A stretch of 64,000 nt of DNA from assembly GCA_943788985.1 (NCBI GenBank), contig CALSSJ010000017.1, forward strand, positions 156,068 through 220,067, read 5' to 3'. The notes beneath the pieces are model-generated. The model saw only the letters and a list, made by a program, of their open reading frames with translations, did not search any database and was not told where the DNA came from. A program made the position numbers and the translations under genes. Below, piece by piece: positions 62,966 through 64,000 of the stretch (positions are counted from its first letter, which is position 1; each line of letters opens with the position of its first letter). This DNA is from an uncultured Lentisphaerales bacterium (GTDB taxonomy: Bacteria > Verrucomicrobiota > Lentisphaeria > JABSQK01 > UBA12247).

Positions 62966-63832
62966 ATGTATCGTCCAGCCGCTCAATCAAAAATCGAGAC
63001 TCAGAAATCGCACACCTGCTTCACGCTGATCGAGTTGTTGGTGGTGATTGTCATTATTTCGATTCTGATGGCGCTGTTGCTGCCGGCCATTAGCAAGGCG
63101 AAGGCAAACGCTGTACAGACTGCCTGCATGAACAATCTGAAGCAGTTGGGAACTGGGACTCTGAGCTATGAAAGCGATGCTGGCGCATTGCCGCCAATCG
63201 GTGGAAACAGCGGTGGCTACTACGGTGCCTATAACAGCAACCCGGCGATTCAGGAGCTGTACCAGAATTACCTTGGCGGCGGGTTAAACGGCGAAGCAAA
63301 TGTCAATAACGCCATTCGCTACGCGCCGTCCCCCGTCTTTGTTTGCCCGGCCAACCCCAAGAGCAGCTACGCAAACCCGAATCATGGCTCGTATGGTCAT
63401 GTACGGTGGCAGCCTCAATGATGTCGGCGTTACCTCGGAGCAGGCGTCTGCCGCGTTTACCAGTCTCGAGCGGGCAAACAGGATCGCCGGCTGGTCCCCC
63501 GCCCTGTGGGCGGACCGCGTTCAGCTCAGCACCTCGAATCGCCTACGGGACCTTCACCGACTGCAACCACCGCGGCGGAAGCGGAGCCCGAGGGCGGCAT
63601 GTTGTCGTCCACATGGATGGCTCCGCCAGCTGGTACTGGTGGTACGGCGGCTCATTCCAGGCCGAAGTCCGTGTACGTCCGGAACGGCCTGATTAGTGCC
63701 AACACCCACATCCCAGGCAGCAGCCTCTTCCTCCGTGCCAACCCCAGCGGCAACCTCCACAGCAGTCCACACCCCAATGGCACCATCTACTCGGGGCGCC
63801 AAGCCCTCGATTACGCCACCTGGTGGCAGTGA
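62966..63832 (+). CDS. Prepilin-type N-terminal cleavage/methylation protein with H-X-DG motif (several frameshifts)
   Basis: [28 protein letters not shown]...[17 protein letters not shown]...HMDGSA in a shifted frame. Confidence 0.85.
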
Positions 63833-63860
63833 GGGGGCAGGTGACGTCAGTGCCCGCACC

Positions 63861-63909
63861 GCCAACAACGTCAACCCCGTCAACAACGTCAACTCCGTCA
63901 ACAAGGTCC
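63861..63909. repeat. 9-nt-period GTCAAC tandem array
   Basis: GCCAAC 63861; GTCAAC 63870, 63879, 63888, 63897; GTCC 63906. Confidence 0.85.
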
Positions 63910-63912
63910 CCT

Positions 63913-64000
63913 ATGCGCACCGTCATGTCCTCCTTCCTCTTTGCTCTCGCCGCGATAACCGCCTTGGCTCAGCCCACAGAGAACCACGGCCTCCGCGTCA
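63913..64000 (+). CDS. Start of a secreted protein (partial)
   Basis: MRTVMSSFLFALAAITALAQP signal peptide, open to the window edge. Confidence 0.6.
   Translation, partial: MRTVMSSFLFALAAITALAQPTENHGLRV

Overview
A ~60% GC bacterial chromosomal window. Gene style (GntR+LacI-type regulators, prepilin-type H-X-DG proteins, sulfatase remnants, SBP-permease fusion) suggests a PVC-superphylum organism, most plausibly Lentisphaerae-like; this is inference. Core genes: mdh, rpiB, ddl, prc, aspS, clpB, folB, folE, glyA, tRNA-Pro(GGG) and tRNA-Ser(CGA). Two MacB/LolD-type ABC systems are present. A decayed accessory zone lies between the two tRNAs (prepilin, PhoD-like, two sulfatase and toxin-antitoxin remnants). 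A carbohydrate-utilisation region fills 50-64 kb. Best candidates for undescribed biology: (1) a secreted DUF4105/Lnb-like His/Cys enzyme paired with a ~570-aa secreted Ser/Thr-striped protein that has a DUF2388-like tail; (2) an excisionase-type HTH fused to a degenerate GspE/PilB ATPase domain; (3) a GntR-regulated sugar locus with a shared promoter/operator, a fused SBP-permease, a permease with repeated GH42-like periplasmic motifs, a pilin-like gene and a surface protein with a short C-terminal motif; (4) short-period GTC/GAC intergenic tandem arrays. Many single-base frameshifts, including in glyA, probably reflect sequencing or assembly error. All family calls are by eye from motifs; no searches were run.
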